From Syntrophorhabdus sp. PtaB.Bin027 (GTDB lineage Bacteria > Desulfobacterota > Syntrophorhabdia > Syntrophorhabdales > Syntrophorhabdaceae), in NCBI GenBank assembly GCA_002067585.1, contig MVQO01000218.1, positions 3,455 through 67,454 on the forward strand: 64,000 bases of DNA, written 5' to 3'. Both the position numbers and the translations under genes were made by a program. The notes below the pieces were generated by a model. The model did no database searches. It saw only the letters and a program-made list of their open reading frames with translations, and had not been told where the DNA came from. Positions 60,699-64,000 of this stretch are shown here, piece by piece. Each line of letters opens with the position of its first letter. The first letter of the stretch is position 1.

Positions 60699-61655
60699 AT
60701 GGCAACAGGGATATTGAACATAAAAGGCAGAATCTGGTGGATCGTGGCGCTCGTTGTCCTCTGTCTGGTACCTTTTGTGCTGCCACGATTCTATGTTTAT
60801 CTCTTATCAATCATCTTGCTCTTTGGGCTTTTTGCTATGAGCAACAATTTTCCCCTTGGTTTTGGCGGTATCTACCAGCTCCACCATGCTGTATTTTATG
60901 GCGTAGGGGCTTACGGGACTGCCCTTGTTATTACAAAATCTGGCCTCTCGCCCTGGATCGCATTTATCGTGGGACCTCTCATAGCTGCATTTTTAGGTCT
61001 TGTTATGGGCATCATCTGCATCAGGCTCTCAAAGCTTTATTTTGGTATGCTTCAGATTTCTCTTGGATCCCTCGTCTGGGCAGTCGTGTACCGATGGTAC
61101 TCTTTCACCGGAGGTGATGATGGAATCCATGGGATTTCAGTACCTGACATTATATCTTCTTACAAAGGGGCCTACTATTTTACCCTCATAGTCACCGGCA
61201 TTTCCCTCTATGTTCTTTACAGACTCCTTAAATCTCCTTATGGAAGTGTTCTCCAGGGAATCCGGGACAACCCGGTTCGAAGCTCTATGATAGGAGTTAA
61301 CGTTAAGAAGCACCAGCTTCTTGCTCTTGTAATTGCAGGTTTTTTTGCCGGAGTGGCCGGCACTCTCTTTGTTGTTGTCGATAACACGGTATTTCCTGAT
61401 ATGATGTTCTGGACTCTATCGTTGGAAGCAGTCATCATGTGCTTGCTCGGAGGCTGGCTGACCTTTCTTGGACCCATGCTGGGCGCTGCACTCATTGTCA
61501 TTATCAGGACTTTCGTGAGCACCTATACATTGTATTGGGCTCTTGTTCTTGGCATAATTTTTACACTTGTCATATTCTTCCTGCCGAATGGTGTGCTGGG
61601 ATGGATAGAAGATGCGGTGAAGCGAAAACCAAACCTTGCAGAAGCAAAGGAGTAA
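60699..61655 (+). CDS. HAAT ABC transporter permease (LivM-like)
   Basis: FYGVGAY, GGDDGI, IRDNP, LLGG...FLGP. Confidence 0.92.
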   Translation: MATGILNIKGRIWWIVALVVLCLVPFVLPRFYVYLLSIILLFGLFAMSNNFPLGFGGIYQLHHAVFYGVGAYGTALVITKSGLSPWIAFIVGPLIAAFLGLVMGIICIRLSKLYFGMLQISLGSLVWAVVYRWYSFTGGDDGIHGISVPDIISSYKGAYYFTLIVTGISLYVLYRLLKSPYGSVLQGIRDNPVRSSMIGVNVKKHQLLALVIAGFFAGVAGTLFVVVDNTVFPDMMFWTLSLEAVIMCLLGGWLTFLGPMLGAALIVIIRTFVSTYTLYWALVLGIIFTLVIFFLPNGVLGWIEDAVKRKPNLAEAKE

Positions 61656-61658
61656 CCG

Positions 61659-62408
61659 GTGTTACAAGTAAAGTCCTTAACAAAATCTTTTGACGGTTTT
61701 AAAGCGGTAAACAATGCTAATCTCGATGTTCAGAATGGCGAGATTGTAGCAGTAATCGGTCCAAATGGGGCTGGAAAGACAACGCTCTTTAACCTTATTT
61801 CCGGTATTTTAAAGCCGGATTCCGGGCAGGTGCTTTTCAAGGGTGACGATATCACCGGACTCCCCCCCTACGAGATATGCAGGAAAAGAATATCGAGGTC
61901 GTTTCAGGTTGTCAACGTATTCAACAGGCTTAGTATTTTTGAGAATACTCAGATATCGATCCTTTCGAGACAAAAAAAGACATGGAATCTTTTTACTCCT
62001 TCCTCAAGTCTTGCTGTCAACGAAACAAACGAACTTCTGAAGAACGTTGGTCTCTACGAAAAAAGAGACCATATAAGCGGAGCTCTTTCCCATGGCGACA
62101 GAAAAGTTCTTGAGATTGCCATGGCATTAGGTGGAAACCCGGAATTTCTTATCCTTGATGAACCTACAGCGGGAATGTCTCCTGAAGAAACAACCCGCTG
62201 CATCGATCTCATCAAGGGCTTGAGAGAAAAATATGGGCTTACCATTCTGTTCTGTGAGCACGACATGGAAATTGTCTTTGGTATTGCAAGCCGGATCATG
62301 GTGATGGTTCGAGGCGGAACGATTGTACAGGGTACCTGCGAAGAGGTTCGGTGCAACGAAGCTGTTCAAGATGCTTACCTGGGCGGGAGTGACGTATGCT
62401 TGATGTAA
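61659..62408 (+). CDS. HAAT ABC transporter ATPase (LivG-like)
   Basis: GPNGAGKTT, LSHGD, LDEPTAG, EHDM. Confidence 0.93.
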   Translation: MLQVKSLTKSFDGFKAVNNANLDVQNGEIVAVIGPNGAGKTTLFNLISGILKPDSGQVLFKGDDITGLPPYEICRKRISRSFQVVNVFNRLSIFENTQISILSRQKKTWNLFTPSSSLAVNETNELLKNVGLYEKRDHISGALSHGDRKVLEIAMALGGNPEFLILDEPTAGMSPEETTRCIDLIKGLREKYGLTILFCEHDMEIVFGIASRIMVMVRGGTIVQGTCEEVRCNEAVQDAYLGGSDVCLM

Positions 62409-63085
62409 AGTCTATCAATACATTTTATGGATTGAGCCATATCCTTTTTGACTTGTCTATAACTGTGTCCAAAGGGGAGGTGGTAGGACTCCTTGGCAGG
62501 AATGGGGCTGGAAAAAGCACGACCATGCGGAGTATTATGGGGCTCACCCCTCCTAAGGAAGGCTCAGTTATTTTTAAAGGAGAGGATGTTACAGGTGTTA
62601 AGCCCTTCCGATTGTTCCGGAAAGGCATTGGCTATGTCCCTGACGATCGGAGAGTTTTTGCCGATCTTTCGGTTGACGATAACCTGGAGATTGTTTATAA
62701 ACAGGACACCACCTGGAACAAGGACAGGGTCTATGAACTATTTCCTGCCCTCGCAGAGATAAAAACACGGAGGGCAGGTCATTTGAGTGGCGGTGAACAA
62801 CAGATGCTCACAATTGCCCGTGCGCTCATGGGCAGCCCTGAACTTCTTCTGCTTGACGAACCTACGGAAGGACTTGCACCTTTAATTGTTCGCAACCTTG
62901 AAGAACAGATACTTAAACTGAGAGATGCAGGTATCAGCATTCTCCTCTCCGAACAGAACGTCAGGTCAGCCCTCAAGATAATAACTAGGGCTTACGTCAT
63001 CGATATCGGACGAATACGCTTTCATGGAACTGTTGCAGAACTCGATGCAAATGAGGAAATTAAGAAGAAATACCTGATGGTATAA
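62396..63085 (+). CDS. HAAT ABC transporter ATPase (LivF-like)
   Basis: GRNGAGKST, LSGGEQQ, LDEPTEGLAP, EQN. Confidence 0.93.
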   Translation: MLDVKSINTFYGLSHILFDLSITVSKGEVVGLLGRNGAGKSTTMRSIMGLTPPKEGSVIFKGEDVTGVKPFRLFRKGIGYVPDDRRVFADLSVDDNLEIVYKQDTTWNKDRVYELFPALAEIKTRRAGHLSGGEQQMLTIARALMGSPELLLLDEPTEGLAPLIVRNLEEQILKLRDAGISILLSEQNVRSALKIITRAYVIDIGRIRFHGTVAELDANEEIKKKYLMV

Positions 63086-63534
63086 CGCGCTGACCAGGGG
63101 AAAATATGTGATGTTCCTCCCCCTCTTGAGTGGTCGCTGTTATCAATCAAAAGGTCACATAAAGGGTCCCGCCCATAACCGAGCAGCTTTTTATTATTGT
63201 TAGCATTTTCGTTGCATCCCCTGTATTTGCTATGCTTTCAGACAAATTCACTGATACACCATCACTCCTTTTTCGGCAAAAACGCAAAATAAGATCATGT
63301 GAGGATATCAGAAAACCTCGCTCCCCCGCAAAATTGGAGTCCCACAAGTAGTCATGATGAGAACATACTGATCACTAATCGCCCTTCGTTCTGAGTCCCT
63401 TTCGTGTTCCGATTAAGCAGGATCCCTACCTGCCATATATTTTTAAATGATTGCCTGCACAACTGAATTAGTGTATAAACTTTAGTTATGTTGTGCTCAA
63501 TATTCCATATAATCGTTCCATCCAAGGGGGGCTT

Positions 63535-63822
63535 ATGAAAAAATACCTGATTATTCTCTTGATCGTTGCAGGGATTTGTTACTATTATAATCCTCCTCTT
63601 GAAAACCACATAGAGTCTTTAAGCATTCTGGCCCCTGAAAAACTGACCGAAGGTGATAATTTTCAGGCAAAGATTCGAGAAAATCTGGATTTTATAAACT
63701 TCTATGTAGCCTCTGCAACAAAAGATAGGCAAAGGCTTTCTATTGTCACCTTTGGTTGTCTTGGAAGGGTTTTTGTTATCGATAAGGAATGGCTTTCGTG
63801 GCTTTCAAAGGGTCGTCCATAG
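63535..63822 (+). CDS. Small exported/membrane-anchored hypothetical protein
   Basis: MKKYLIILLIVAG N-terminal anchor; AAGGGGG RBS. Confidence 0.7.
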   Translation: MKKYLIILLIVAGICYYYNPPLENHIESLSILAPEKLTEGDNFQAKIRENLDFINFYVASATKDRQRLSIVTFGCLGRVFVIDKEWLSWLSKGRP

Positions 63823-63889
63823 AATAGGCCTGGAATTGGCCAAGTAATCTTTGACAAGCCTATAAACCATATGATAAATATACAGATTC

Positions 63890-64000
63890 ATGGGCATCAG
63901 AGTCTACAATACCTTTTCGGGTAAAAAAGAAGAATTCAGGCCAGTAAACGAAGGCAAGGTAAAACTCTATGTGTGTGGTGTCACAGTTTATGATCACTGC
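63890..64000 (+). CDS. cysS: Cysteine--tRNA ligase (5' fragment)
   Basis: Manual translation [33 protein letters not shown]. Confidence 0.93.
   Translation, partial: MGIRVYNTFSGKKEEFRPVNEGKVKLYVCGVTVYDHC

Noticed and set aside
63090-63440. Minus-strand frames with several in-frame TGA codons (possible selenoprotein or pseudogene)
   Set aside because: No Cys-motif context, SECIS or recognisable homology.

Overview
Chromosomal window from an anaerobic bacterium, most plausibly a syntrophic or sulfate-reducer-type Desulfobacterota/deltaproteobacterium (inferred from gene content and protein style). Left end (1-8022, minus strand): an hdrC-hdrB-orf-hdrA(HdrL-type, 1480 aa)-small ORF-mvhD-metV-metF operon. 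Its mvhD has an in-frame UGA at a conserved Cys position followed by a SECIS-like hairpin, so it is a selenoprotein that the ORF track truncates. Next come nitrogen-related loci (gdhA-nrpR; GAF-GAF-ANTAR-nadE) and three two-component systems, two of them with sigma-54 activators. Clear -24/-12 promoters and tandem activator-like sites lie in front of uncharacterised target operons. Housekeeping blocks: alaS-recA-thpR-cinA-pgpA-hisI/hisA; phoH-HD-ybeY-lnt; start of cysS. Also present: a USP/ferredoxin stress locus with decayed hemerythrin and USP remnants and an H-box-less pseudo-kinase, an RpoH-like sigma factor with a Cys/His N-terminal tag, an orphan receiver domain fused to an apparently intact LpxC, and TRAP and branched-chain-type ABC transporters. 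No rRNA, tRNA, CRISPR array or mobile element was recognised.
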